DNA of 64,000 nt, taken from Scyliorhinus canicula (lineage: Eukaryota). Positions 1 through 12,284 of the stretch are shown piece after piece. The stretch lies in assembly GCF_902713615.1 (NCBI RefSeq), contig NC_052156.1, positions 47,310,357 to 47,374,356 of the forward strand. The letters are read 5' to 3'. The notes under the pieces were generated by a model. That model worked only from the letters and a program-made list of their open reading frames with translations. It was not told the origin of the DNA and did no database searches. Position 1 is the first letter of the stretch. Each line of letters starts with the position of its first letter. Position numbers and translations under genes: made by a program.

Positions 1-767
1 ATTGGGTACCCTAAATTTAAATATATATATATATACTGGATAGTAAGACAATGCAACTCAGTGAAAAAGAACATTTCAAGAGATACCTCTACCTCATAGA
101 GGTATAGAAATGTTAGATTTTGAAGTTAGCATACAGAATATACTTTATTGTTTCTGTGCATAAGAAGCGGTGTTAGTGGAAACAATGTAATAAATTTAGT
201 GTTGGAAAATGAAGGTTAAATTATAGTCCTACAAGATAGATGCAAGGTAAACAGCTTCTGATGCTGATCTTGGGAGAATATTCTATTTTATATTTTTCCT
301 TGAAAGCGTGTTTAACCCTTTAGTTTTAAAATTTAGTGTAGTCCATGTTTATTATAGACTAACATGTAAATGAATGTAATCGTTATTGGAAACTTACCTG
401 AAATATTTGTATACAATCTGGTGCAGGTACACTGTTAACGTTTTAAAAATTCAAAACTGGATTAGACAGCTTTGTTAGACAACTAAGTTGTGAAAATGGA
501 AATGTATGTCGTTTAGCATTGGGTTAATCAGTATATAATATCAACTTCACCTGTTTCTTTTCGACAAAATAAGTTGAATACCTTTTTCTCAGTATTTTTT
601 ATTCTATTCATATTCAAATTTAAAAATTAACAGCAAATTCCTCTCTCCTTTCATTTGCTCAGCTCATTTATGTCCAATCATGGGCTGAATCTCCCAAGGT
701 GTGCCAGTCAGTGTTTTATTGCCACTCCGTTCCTATTTATTTGCCTTGCACCAATCTCCACATTTCT

Positions 768-1023
768 TTTTTTTTGTTTTTTAAAAAATCTTGTTTTAAT
801 TTTTTTAACAAATTTAGAACACCCAATTTATTTTTTCCAATTAAGGGGAAATTTAGCGTGGCTAATCCCCCTAGCCTGCACATCTTTGGGCTGTGGGGGC
901 GAAACCCACTCAAACACGGATAGAATGTGCAAACTCCACACAGTGACCCAGAGCCAGGATCGAACCTGAGACCTCGGCACCGTGAGGCAGCAGGGTTAAC
1001 CCACTGCACCACCGTGCTGCCCT
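768..1023 (-). mobile_element. tRNA-derived V-SINE, short poly(A)-tailed family
   Basis: GGGCAGCACGGTGG head with A/B boxes on the minus strand, A-rich tail, 16-bp TSD caatctccacatttct (752-767 and 1024-1039). Bases 1-35 of the window look like the tail of another copy. Confidence 0.9.
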
Positions 1024-1691
1024 CAATCTCCACATTTCTGGCCCCTCCTTCCCAATTGGGCCTCTGTTCTCAGACTCCTTATTGTGCTGCAGGAATATCG
1101 GGGGAAGCCAAGTCATGTCACCTATTTACGGCACTAGCTGCCATATTCCAATGAGTATAAAGGTACCAAAGCCACTTTCAGAAGCTTTGAAAAGAAGGTC
1201 GGTGTGTAAGATAAGTGGATGGGAGGTTGGATCGTATGTAAGTGGGTGATGGGGCAGCGTGGCAGACTGGAGGGGCAGGGAGTCAGAGTGGCAGATGCGT
1301 GGGTAAGGGGTCAGGGTGTCATTTAAGTTGGTGAGTGGATAGTCAAGAGGGTATTGGGGATAGTCAGGTAGGGGGCAGTCAGGGGACAGGGGGTAATCAG
1401 ATGGTTGGGGCATGGTGGTCGGGTCAAAAGGTAATCAGCGGGTTGTGGGGAGTTGGGTACTCCGCCATATCTGGGAGTTAAAACTGGTTTTAGTCTTTCT
1501 AATTTTTGCTTGGTAACTGTCAGAGTTTTGGAGGGTTCCAAATGCATTTCAGACCACTTCAGAGTCAACAATATAGCTATTGATCGGGAGTCACATGTAG
1601 GCCAGGTAAGGATGGCAGCTTTCCTTCCCAAAAGTACATTAGTGAACCAGATTATTTTTCTGGCAATCGATCATAGCTTCATGGTCACTAC

Positions 1692-2415
1692 GGGTAAGAT
1701 TTTAAGGATGGAAATCGATCATTATTTGCCATCCCAGGAGTCGGTGCCTAATGCACAGCCACAAACTTGCGAACTACTCCTGCTATTTAATGTTCACTTG
1801 AGCGTTGATTGGCAGTGGACATGACTTTTATCCACCCTTGGAAGGAACTCCTGCCCATGACAGCTGTCAGCTAATCTGATTGGTTGTCAGCTCTTCAACT
1901 TGGCCAGGCGTAGTGCCGCAGTGGGGTACTGTCGTGTTCTGCCTGGAACTAAGTCTCAGGACCTTTGAAAAGGTAAGTCCCAGGACAGGAGGGTAAACAA
2001 TGCCCCGAGGGGAAATCGTGACCCGGCCATTCGGGGTGTAATTGGAGGGGGGGGGGGGGTAGTTACCGGAGCTCTAACGTCCCAGGGGGAGGGGGCCCAA
2101 ACTGTAAGGGGGCATTCTGAGTGAGGTTCCCCCCACTTTCCTGCCTTAGATAGGGAAAAGATTTAATGCCACTTTCCCACCCAACCTGCACCTAATCCCG
2201 CCAGCCTAAAAATTGAGACTGGGCTCTTAACTATAAGGCGCTTAAGTAGCCATTAAGTAGTCGAAGAAGTGAATGGGTGGGTTTCCCGCTGAGATCCTGC
2301 CTGCCCAAGCGTGAAATTGCTTGTTTGCGCAGATGGGTACCTGTGGGAATCCGATCTATTCAATTTTATGCTCCCTGCCTCAGAACCCAACTTGGGGGAG
2401 TGTACAATTCTGCCC
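1692..2415. mobile_element. Old MITE-like insertion splitting an older repeat (about 1535-1690 and 2417-2555)
   Basis: Degenerate GGGT-AAGATTTT and AATTCTGCCC ends. The flanks appear to join into one repeat. The TSD is not clean. Confidence 0.4.
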
Positions 2416-3149
2416 CCTTACTGAGATATATTCTAGATTTATTAGTTGAATTAAACTCCACAAGCTGCTATGATGGGATTTGAACCCATGATCCTCACGG
2501 CATTAGCCTGCGTTCTGGATTACTGATTACTGGATTACTACCACTATGCCATCATTCCTCTGTATGAAGCTGCCAAAAGCAGCTCCTCAGACCGAGAGAG
2601 AGGCAGTCAGATCCAGACGAATCAGCGTCTGAATTTGGATTTGATGTGACAATTACTTTACGAGGCTAGCAAGTTGAGTACAATTCTGCATTCTTCGTTT
2701 CTTTCAGTTACACCTGCCAACAGTCCTTCTCCTTCCCCAAACCCCTCAGCACTCCGACCTATTCTTTGCATTCCATCACTTTACTTACCATACATCACAA
2801 GGTGACACTATACAACCTCTCATTCTCATTCCAAGTACACACTGACCTTTTCCTTGTTCTCAAGTGACCAACGTGATGTGGCTCCCTTTGTCTGGGCCAT
2901 ATTGTAGGGAGCCAATAGTTTCATTAAGACAGCTGAATCTTTGCTTCAATGTGGAATGCTCTATTAATGTTCCCTATAGCATGCAGGGATGTACAAACCC
3001 TCAAACATTGCCCTGTTTTAAGCGAGTGCATATGCATGGCAAAACAAAATAAATTAAAAGTATTGCGCATTGAAACAAATAAGCCTCACAATATTGAAAA
3101 AAAAAAAGTCATTGTGCTCTTTGATATTTCTGTTGCTCACCTTGTGCCT

Positions 3150-3660
3150 GTTGTTCAAGCACAACATGGTTGTGGATGTCTTGTCCACAAGCTGCTATCC
3201 TCTGGTGTAAAGTGGTGGGACGGATGAGTGTTGCAGGATGAAGGTGTGGAGGCAGCAGACTGTGAAATCGACATACACCTATTTTATCCTTCTATTACAC
3301 GCGAGTATATTGTCCTGTCAACTAAAACTCGTGGCTCTGGTACTCTGGTCGTCTGATGGCTACATGAGTGCAACATTTTATGCCCTAGGAACAAGGAAGC
3401 CAGCCATTTCTGCAATCTCGGATGTCTCGCTCTCTGGTTATGGGTGTTCTTTGGGAAGGTAATATACCAGTTTTCTCTGTCAGTTAGACCTTTGGTGAAT
3501 TGTTTGATGCAGCTATCCTCGAGGCTGCCCTGGTGGGAGCCTGAAGCAAAATAGTTAAGGATAATGGTGTCTTTGACAGCCACTGGTAAAGCATGATCCC
3601 TTGGTCCATTAGGCAGCAGGTACTCACAAGAGGCATTATAATTCAGCAACACCTTGGTTA
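3150..3660 (-). pseudogene. Harbinger (HARBI1-like) transposase relic
   Basis: ORF 3284-3652 reads HALPVAVKDTIILNYFASGSHQ...CIKQFTKGL...YITFP, a HARBI1-type N-terminal motif. Frameshifted. Confidence 0.75.
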
Positions 3661-3899
3661 GTGAAATGTAGCCTTCTATTGCAAGAAACTACACATCTCA
3701 TGGGCTGGGTAAGGTCTTCTATGAGGAGTTCTCCTTATCCGCAGTTTTCTAACAGCCCTAGCTGCTGATAATCTTGGTTGCTGAGGATTCTTTCACTGCT
3801 GCTCAGTTTCTTCCTTCGAAAGGAATGCAGGAATAACACTACACATTATAAGCAGTGAGTGCTTAGTCAACAAAATAACTGTGCAGTAATTGTGGGAAA

Positions 3900-6300
3900 T
3901 GAGGACCTGACGGGGTTTGTAAAGGGGCAACAATTGTCGTACAATATTAGGAGGCTATTGAATGTGGTGATGACGCCGCTGACAGGTCAAGATATGGAGA
4001 TGATAATATTACCCGGATGCAGAGAAGACGTTTGACCGAGTTGAGTGGGAGTATCTTTTCAAGGTACTGGGGCGGTTTGATTTTGGACCGGGGTTCATTA
4101 GCTGGATTAGGTTGTTGTACAGACTGGTGTTTGCACGAATGAAACAACTTTGGGGTTTTTTTTTATACAGGGGAACAAGGCAGGGATGTCCACTTTCCCC
4201 ATTGCTTTTTGCATTGGTGATTGAACTGTTGACGAAGGCGTTTAGAGTATCGACAGAGTGGAGGGGAATAGAGAGATGGTGTGGAACATCGAGTGTATCT
4301 ATATGCGAACGATTTGCTGTTATATGTAATGGATCCAATCTCTAGTATGAGTAGTATTATGCATATGTTGACTCAATTTGGTTCTTTTTTGGGGTATAAA
4401 CTAAATGTGGAGAAAAGTGAGGTGTTCCCGGTAAGTTCCCAGGTACAAGATTGGGGCCCTGGAGAAGCTGCCGTTTCAGTTTGTCAGGTCGAGTTTTCGA
4501 TATTTGGGAATATGAGTGGCGCATAGCTGGGTTCTACTGCACCAGGTGAATGTGGCCAACTTGGTAAAGGTGTTGAAGAAGGATTTAAAGAGGTGGAATG
4601 TTCTCCTGCTATCATTGGCACGGCAGGTTTAAACCGTGAAAATGACCATCCTTCCAAAGTTTTTACTTATTTTCCAGAATCTCCCAATTTTCCTGCCTAA
4701 ATCCTTTTTTGAGAGGGTAAAACGGACAATTTTGGTCTTTTCAGTGGGTAGGTAACATGCCTCTGATTCAGAGAGCCTTTTTCCAGAGGGACAGGCGGTT
4801 GGGGAATTGGTATTTGCCAAATTTAATGAACTATTATTGGGCGGTGAATGTGGAGAAGGTTCGGAAATGGGTCTTGGAGGGCGGGTCAGTTTGAGGGCGG
4901 ATGGAGGAAGCTTTATGTATAGGGTTAAGTCTGAAGGCACCACATCCATTCTTGCCGGCAAAATGCTAGTCCAGTGGTGGTTGCCTGGTTAAGTGTTTGG
5001 AATCTGTTTAGGAAAGTTTTAAGCAGTAGGGCATGTTGCTGTGCGTGCAGATTTGCGGAAATCATAGATTTATTTCAGTGGGGTTGGATTCGACATACAG
5101 GGTTTGGGAATGGGAGGAGTAGAGAGGTTTAGGGGCTTGATTGTGGAAATTAGATTTGCAGAGTTGATGGAACTGGTAGAAAAGTTTCAGCTTCCGAGGG
5201 GGAACTGACTACTGGTACTTTCAGGTGAGGAATTTCTTGAGGTAGAAGCTGGCCACGTTTCCGCAGTTACCGATCGTTTTGTTGCATGAAAAGATAGTAT
5301 CTGAGGATGAGATGGGGGGGGGGGAGATATTTATGGTCAGTCAATGGAGAGGGAGAGGGCCTCAAAGGAAGAGATAAAATGGAAGTGAGAGGAAGAGTCG
5401 GATGGTGCATTTGAAGGGGGTTTGGAGAGAGGCCTTGCATGGGATAAACTCAACGTCTCCATGTGCGAGATTGAGTTTAATTCATTTTAAAGTGGTGCAC
5501 AGAGCACACAAAGACACGCGTGAATGGGTTCTTTGGGGAGGTGGAGGACAGATGCGAGTGGGGTTTAAAGGGGCCGGCGAACCCCACACACATGTTCTAG
5601 TCCTGTCCAAAATTGGTGGGATATTGTGAGTCGTTTTTCGGGACAATGTCGAAATCGTGGGGGTGTAGGTGACCCCGAGCCCATGAGTGACAATATTTGG
5701 GATATTGAAAGATCTGGGAATGCAGGAGGGAAGAGAAGATAATGTGTTATCCTTTGCTTCCCTGATAGCCCGGAGTAGGATCTTGTTAGGGTGGTGGGCT
5801 ACGCAGCCACCAAGAGCAGCGGGGTGCGTGAGTGACCTGTCGGAATTTTTACATTTGGAAAAGATAAAGTTTGACATTAGGGTCCAGAGGAGTGGTTCTA
5901 CTCGAGGTGGAGGCTTTTTAACTCCTTTGTTAAGAGTTGGTAGCGTCAGCGGGTGGGGGGGTGCTGTTTTGTTTTGTTTTATAGTTGTAAAATGGGTTAT
6001 GTGGGATGTTGTGGTGGATGGGATGTTTATATGAAAAATGAAATGAAATGAAAATCACTTATTGTCACGAGTAGGCTTCAATGAAGTTACTGTGAAAAGC
6101 CTCTAGTCGCCACATTCCGGCGCCTGTCCGGGGAGGTTGATACGGGAATCGAACCGTGCTGCTGGCCTGCTTGGTCTGCTTTAAAAGCCAGCGATTTAGC
6201 CCAGTGAGCTAATGATATAATGATAAATGTAGAATGTTGGATGGAAAGTTATGTTTTGTGTATAAAATGAAATGTCCTGAATAAAAAGTTTTTATAAAAT
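3900..6300 (+). mobile_element. L1/Tx1-clade LINE, 5'-truncated and degenerate ORF2
   Basis: RT motifs GTRQGCPLSPLLF and LYANDLLLY, C-terminal FKVVHRAH and FASLIAR, and AATAAA near 6280. Confidence 0.9.
6031..6212 (-). mobile_element. tRNA-headed SINE with (CATTT)n tail
   Basis: TTAGCTCACTGG A-box and GGTTCGATTCC B-box, followed by the tail module GGCGCCGGAATGTGGCGACTAG...GTGACAATAA. Inserted in the L1 3' UTR. Confidence 0.8.
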
Positions 6301-7799
6301 CTTTTATGTTAAAGAAAACTTTAGTTTTAAGACAGAATCAACCACATTCGCATCAAAGAAAACACTTTACAATTATCAGTTAAACAGTTCTTAAACAAAA
6401 GGAAGAACTTGAACTTATCATCTATACCTGCTACTAACTCCAATTAAGCATCCCAAAACAATTCAAATGCAACTTATAAATAAAATTATCAAACATATTA
6501 CTTGTTTAGCTATATGGAAACTTTTGGAGAGAGTTCCTTTCAATAACAGATTCAGTACACTTCTGGCCAACCTCACAGCATTTGGCAAAATTGCTGTTCA
6601 ACTTAAAATCGTCTAACAGACTGCGAAACTACAGACAGACCTAATACATAACCTGTATCCCACTAAATTCCATGACCTGCTTAGCTGAACACCGCTCCCC
6701 CATAAATTATCTACATTCCAGTGACTCTCCAGCAATCTAAAGACAATTCCATTAGTCCTTTATCTGTAACCATGTAACTGGTTGGAATAAATCATGACCT
6801 AACCTTTTACGACTCCTTCATTACAGCTTTAGCAGAGGCACAGTCTGGATAACCTAACCTAGGTTCTTCAATAATATTACTGCAACAAATACATGCTTTT
6901 AAAAACCTTACAGCAACGGATATAAAATACAACATATATCAATTTCTACATTCATCACAGTCTCCTGCACTTCTATCTTATGGTCTGATAAAAGTAAGTG
7001 GAGCAAAAATAAGAAAGAAGCAATTGCCAAGCTCAGTACACCGATCCCACTGATCTGAATGCCTGCAGTGATGCCCCTTTAAAGTCTGTTTCCAGTCACG
7101 TCACTCAGTTTCTGAAGCCAATCCTGCACAGTGTTACTCAGGCTGGCAGATCGGCAGTCCAGTCCAATTAAGATAAAATTAGGATCCCAGTAAAATTGAT
7201 TTGCAATTCTTTATGAGGCAGTCGCTTGTTGTGGGATGATGCCTTTTGTGCACTTTCCAGTTAACCAATTGAAATGACTGCCCAAAGCAGAAATGTGTCA
7301 ATTTTTGATACTTTAACTACTTAACTGCCCCACTCGTGCTTAGTGGTCTGGGTTACAATTGATGCCTTATATTCTGAGGACTTATGTTCTATCACTAATT
7401 ATTTTTAACAGACCTTATTGTAAACCTACATCAGTTGTTTGAGGCCAGTTTCTTGGCTGAAAACTAAATCTGTTTCTATGACTGGAACTTAATTGGCTTT
7501 TAAGATTGCTCAATTTTTAAAAAAAAAGTAATATTACTAATACATGTTATTGTTACAACTTGCATTCATGGTAATTTTTCATGTTGCCAGTTCCTAACAC
7601 AATCCTAGAAAATAACAACTGTAAATACATTATTATTGCTACAATTAATTAGATACTCACCCTGTAAAAGTTTATAATTCAAAAGCTTTGAATCAAAATA
7701 AATACTACAATTGCTTGCTTGCAACTCTAAAAGTCAGAATAAATTTAAAATTTACAGGACAAATCCAATCTAGCTAATTGCTATCAACCTATGCTGAAT

Positions 7800-8650
7800 C
7801 GATCATCACTGCAGGCATTCCTCAGGGCAGTGTCCGAGGCCCAACCATCATCAGCTATTCAACAATGACCTTCCATTCAACAGACAGTCAGAAGTGTCAA
7901 TGTTAGCTGATGATTGTACCATGTTCAGTACTATTCACAACTCCTCAGATAAATTAAACAGCTTTTTCCCTGCATGCAGCAAGAATTGAACAATATCCAG
8001 GTCTGTGCCAATAATTGGCAAATAACCAGCTTCCCTTGACGTTCAACATCATTACCATTATCAAATCAATCCCCCACCATCAACATCATGGGGATCATCA
8101 TTGACCAAAAACTTAATTGGGACAGCCACATAAATACTGTGGCTTCAGATGTGGTTGGAAATATTGTAGTAAGTGACTCCAGACTGCCTAATACCTTTCC
8201 AGCACCTTCCAGACACTGTCACAATATGAATATTTCCCACTTGTCTGAATGAGTGCAACTCGAACAACACAAGAATCTCAGCAACATGCAAGAACAATGC
8301 AGCCCACTTGACTGGTCCATTATCCACCAGCTGAAACATTGGCTTCCTCCACACTGCTGCAGCATAGCTACACTATAGCAACTCCCCTCTTCAGCATCTC
8401 CCAAACTCCATCTCACAGAAGCATCTAGAAGAACAAGTGCAGTATGTGCATGGGAACACCATCGCCTACAAATTCCCCTCCAAGTCACAGGTCACCCTGA
8501 CTTGGAAATGTCACCTTTATCGTCAACATCCTGGAACTCCCTATCTAACAGAGCTGTGTAGCTTCACCATACAGACTGGAGCGGTCAAGTTGGAGGTTCA
8601 TCACTTCCTTCTCAAGGACATTTAGGGATGGGCAATAAATGTGGACATTC
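7800..8650 (+). mobile_element. CR1-like LINE 3' fragment
   Basis: GIPQGSV..P and ADD-type RT motifs. The 3' end ttagggatgggcaataaat is shared with copies near 34030 and 39065. Confidence 0.75.
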
Positions 8651-9841
8651 CTAGAATTTAGGCTATTTTGGTAATGAATAATAAAAAAATGTAAAAAGGA
8701 AATTAAGCAATTGAATCTGATTTGTGCAGTTTTCAGAATACGGCAGTCACATTAACCATATTTGGAATTGGTGTAATTTCTCCGATAAACACTGATAACC
8801 AAATATTTTAATATTCTGGATGATGAAACAGAGTAAGACACCCACGAGTAATCAAAGCCTTTAGCTGTAGTTGAGTTATGGTGAGTGCCTTAATTAGCAG
8901 ACAGTAATTACTGCTCAGCAATTATACAGTGTGAGATCACTCTGTATAACAGAACAGTGCATTGGAAAAACATTAAGGGTATTTCTTCTTTTCAGGGTGA
9001 GACCAGTAAGTTTACATGAATCAGGAATCAGCAACATTAGGGCTACATGCTGGTGCTCCCAAACGGTTTATTAAGGGCATCATTGCAGCATAATAATCCT
9101 TTTGTTAGAAGCCCCTGATGAACATAGTAGTCCCTCCTCCTGTCACAGGGAGGCTCATTTGATATTCAGTTCCAGTCTAAGGAAAGTCATTAAATCAGAT
9201 GAGCAATGACGCTGGAGTTTTAGAGTCCAGCTTCAGTCAACATCACCATGCAAAGGCTGTTCACAGCTCTGTGTGATTTTCTTGTCCGTGCCTTCTCAGT
9301 GATGACCAATTTGTGCTCGTTACTTTGCATCAAGTACAGGTAAAATGTTGGGAGGTTTGTGGTTCCACTCATCTTTTACTGGCAGAAACTGTTTTGCTTG
9401 AATCCTCCTTTGTGATGTGATATTTTCATCCTCCTTGGGCCCCAGGCTGCTTCTCAGGCCATTTAGGAGCAAATCTATTGATTTCTCTTTCTCAACAGCT
9501 GTAATTCAGTTTTGTATTACTATTCCATGTGGCCTCCAAATAACAGACATAATGTTTTATCAAACTTTAATTTTAAAAAGATAGGTGTGTAACTATGTCA
9601 GGCTTAGAAACTAGTGGATATTGCCTTTGCTGCACTTCCAAGGGCAGGGAAAGAATTTAAATTAACAGTAATTTGAATCCCTGATTACTTATTTCTAAGA
9701 CTCATCAGAAACCTTTGAATGACTAACAAAAAACAGCAAATATAAATAATGGCAGGGCGCCAGGGATTTATTTACATGAACCCACAATTTCCATGCATAT
9801 AGTTTACCAGGGAATAAGCGTATTGTTTATTTTCTCCTCAG

Positions 9842-9933
9842 AAAGTGTTTTCAAACAGCACACTTCTATGTGGAGGATAGCAGTTCACCACGAGTGGTTC
9901 CTAATGAAAGCATTCCCATTATCCCAATTCCAG
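9842..9933 (+). CDS. ptprg: ptprg coding exon (juxtamembrane)
   Basis: tttctcctcag acceptor and CAG/gtaagt donor. 92 nt encoding (R)[30 protein letters not shown](D), matching vertebrate PTPRG. Confidence 0.96.
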
Positions 9934-11841
9934 GTAAGTCTCTCGTTATTTCTCAAGATACTTCTTTGTATTTGTTGAAACACAAATTTTTGAATCCCAT
10001 TTAATCAGGTTCATATTTACATAACTTCAGCAATATATATAGCACAAATATCCTTCGAAGTTCACCTTTAGTTTAGCTACGATTGTGCAAAATACTTTGT
10101 TGGAGAACCAGCCTATGGTACATTTATATTTTGCAATGTAATGTTAAACTGAGGAATTTATTATAATTTAACTGAAAACATGGATAAGATGGAATGCCTT
10201 TTGTACCTTTATACTGAAGATATCACATTTTGATTAAATGCTTAATTGCTATGTTGATCCTGCCTCAAGTGTGTGATTTGTGACCCTGCAAAAAAACATA
10301 GGACCATTGATTCACATAAAGTTTTAGTTCTGAAATCCTAATGATGGTTAACAGTGATTTATAATAGCATTATATAACCTGGTTAGTGCAGAGTTGGAGG
10401 GTGGAAGGGAGGGGGAAGGGCAGCTGATTCCAGAGGTATCAGACAGATTTTGTCTACATTTGACCCACCAGGAATGAAATGATATGTGTATTTAAGTGAA
10501 ATAGATAATATAGGAAATAAAGTAAGATTATTATATTCTGGACAAAGGGATTGTTTCAGAAAGCACTGGGTAGATTGTTACAGTGTTTCTACAGAATAAT
10601 TTGAAAATGCTCCTCTGTTTTGGTCTAAAATATTACTAGTGCATAATGTGCAAAGTCCTCAGTCATTAAATTTTGTTTGATGGATTAGAGTTTCATCATA
10701 GTTCTTTTTACCTGACTCTCAAATGCTGAGAACCTAAATGTTGCTAATTTTCTTATCTGTCAGATATCTGTCGGCAAGATAAGACCATGTCACAAAACAT
10801 TGAGTTGATACTAGGCAGTAAGAATGCAAGCATACATTTGTCATGCTGTTACACTTTGCTTTCATCAGTGCCCTTTCACCATAATGGCAGGAGCGTTAAG
10901 GTTAAAGACCTGTATCTGTTCATCCTTAGATAAGGGATCAAATGTTTCCCCAGTTGGTAGTTGCACACTGTCTCTTAAGATCTACTAGAATTCTACTGAG
11001 CAGCTAAATTTGAAGAACCTGCTTTTTATGATTTTATTTGCAGTGCCAGGGTAGCAGAGGTGAATCCTTCGTGCTTTATTCCACTGTGCAGTAGTTAAAC
11101 AGGCTTGCCTGGATAAATTATCTTCATCGACCTCCTGTCACGGGTTTTCACTGGGTGCTGTTGATCACTGTCTTCTGTTCATTCACTTTGAATAATTGTT
11201 CCTGTCTGTCTATTGACAAGTGTACACATCAGGCCCGGAGAAGCAGATTGCAGAAGAACATTAGGTTCACTTTGACAACAGAACCTCATTGGACTATTAT
11301 TGCTGCAATTCTTTTAGTTTTTAGTTTCCTACATAATTACTTTGGTGCCCTCCTGACCATGAGATGTCTCCACAATTTGGCTTTAGCTTTTTACAAATAT
11401 TTTACAAAGAAGCAGAAATTGTGAGTTTCTTTCGGCTGATACTTTATTGTCAAGATTTTAATGATAATAAACCGAAGGGCTTACAAATGTATGGCCATAC
11501 AAAAATGATAGCAGGAAAAGTTGAGCTGGTCCATTAATCCCACCCCATACCATAATGACATCCTAAGTCCCGTGAATCACAACATCAGACCAACCAAACA
11601 CCTATTAAAAAGCTGGCAGCTAAAATGCCTCTTAATGTTGCCGAGGCAAGTATTTCCTACTTTTGGTTCATCTGGCCACACAGTTCATGGAGATGGGTAA
11701 TTTCCCAATCATGGTGACATACTGTAACAAAGCACTGAACACAGATCAGATCGTTTCCAGCCGGACTGACAGAAATAGTCAGTTTGTCCAGATGTATCTA
11801 TATGACAGAATTAGCAAAGGCATCATAAAATATGTTCTTCT

Positions 11842-12207
11842 TGTCGTGATATGCAAACATGCACCTAATGAACATTTGAATAGGACACGACCAATGAGCA
11901 GTCAGGACACTCAGGGGTGGTATCTCAATATAAAAGGGATGCGGCACTCATACCCTGCCTCTTTCCACAGGCCAACACCTGCAGAGTGAGACAGGGTGTA
12001 TCTTCAGCATCACACCCCAGCATATGGCTTAGAGCAGGCTGGTTCAGTTAGACTGAGTTACTACAATTAGATTATCAGAGAGCCGAACTCATTGAGAACT
12101 CTGCTAATAGTTCAATAAACACATTGAACTCATTTCAAAGTCTGGAGCATTGTTTACTTAAAACTGCACCAAGTGGCATGTGTTATTCCAAACTACATAA
12201 CACAACA
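11842..12207 (+). repeat. 5' LTR of Gypsy element 1
   Basis: 366 bp with CCAAT at 11891, TATAAAA at 11929 and AATAAA at 12114. By eye roughly 6-7% divergent from the 3' LTR. Confidence 0.93.
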
Positions 12208-12220
12208 TGATACCAGGAGT
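12208..12220 (+). other. Primer-binding site, tRNA-Leu(TAA) type
   Basis: TGATACCAGGAGT is one mismatch from TGGTACCAGGAGT, the complement of the vertebrate tRNA-Leu(TAA) 3' end. Confidence 0.75.
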
Positions 12221-12284
12221 CTGTTCAATCTAGTTAGTTCAACTCAGCAAGATCCGTGATGACCAGCAACCGCATACCGCCACA

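Noticed and set aside
8996-9005. ttttcag/GGTGAGACCA/gtaagt as a microexon or as the mammalian PTPRG juxtamembrane alternative exon
   Set aside because: A 10-nt exon shifts the frame, and there is no similarity to the mammalian GCNKIKSKG peptide. A poison exon cannot be excluded without RNA data.
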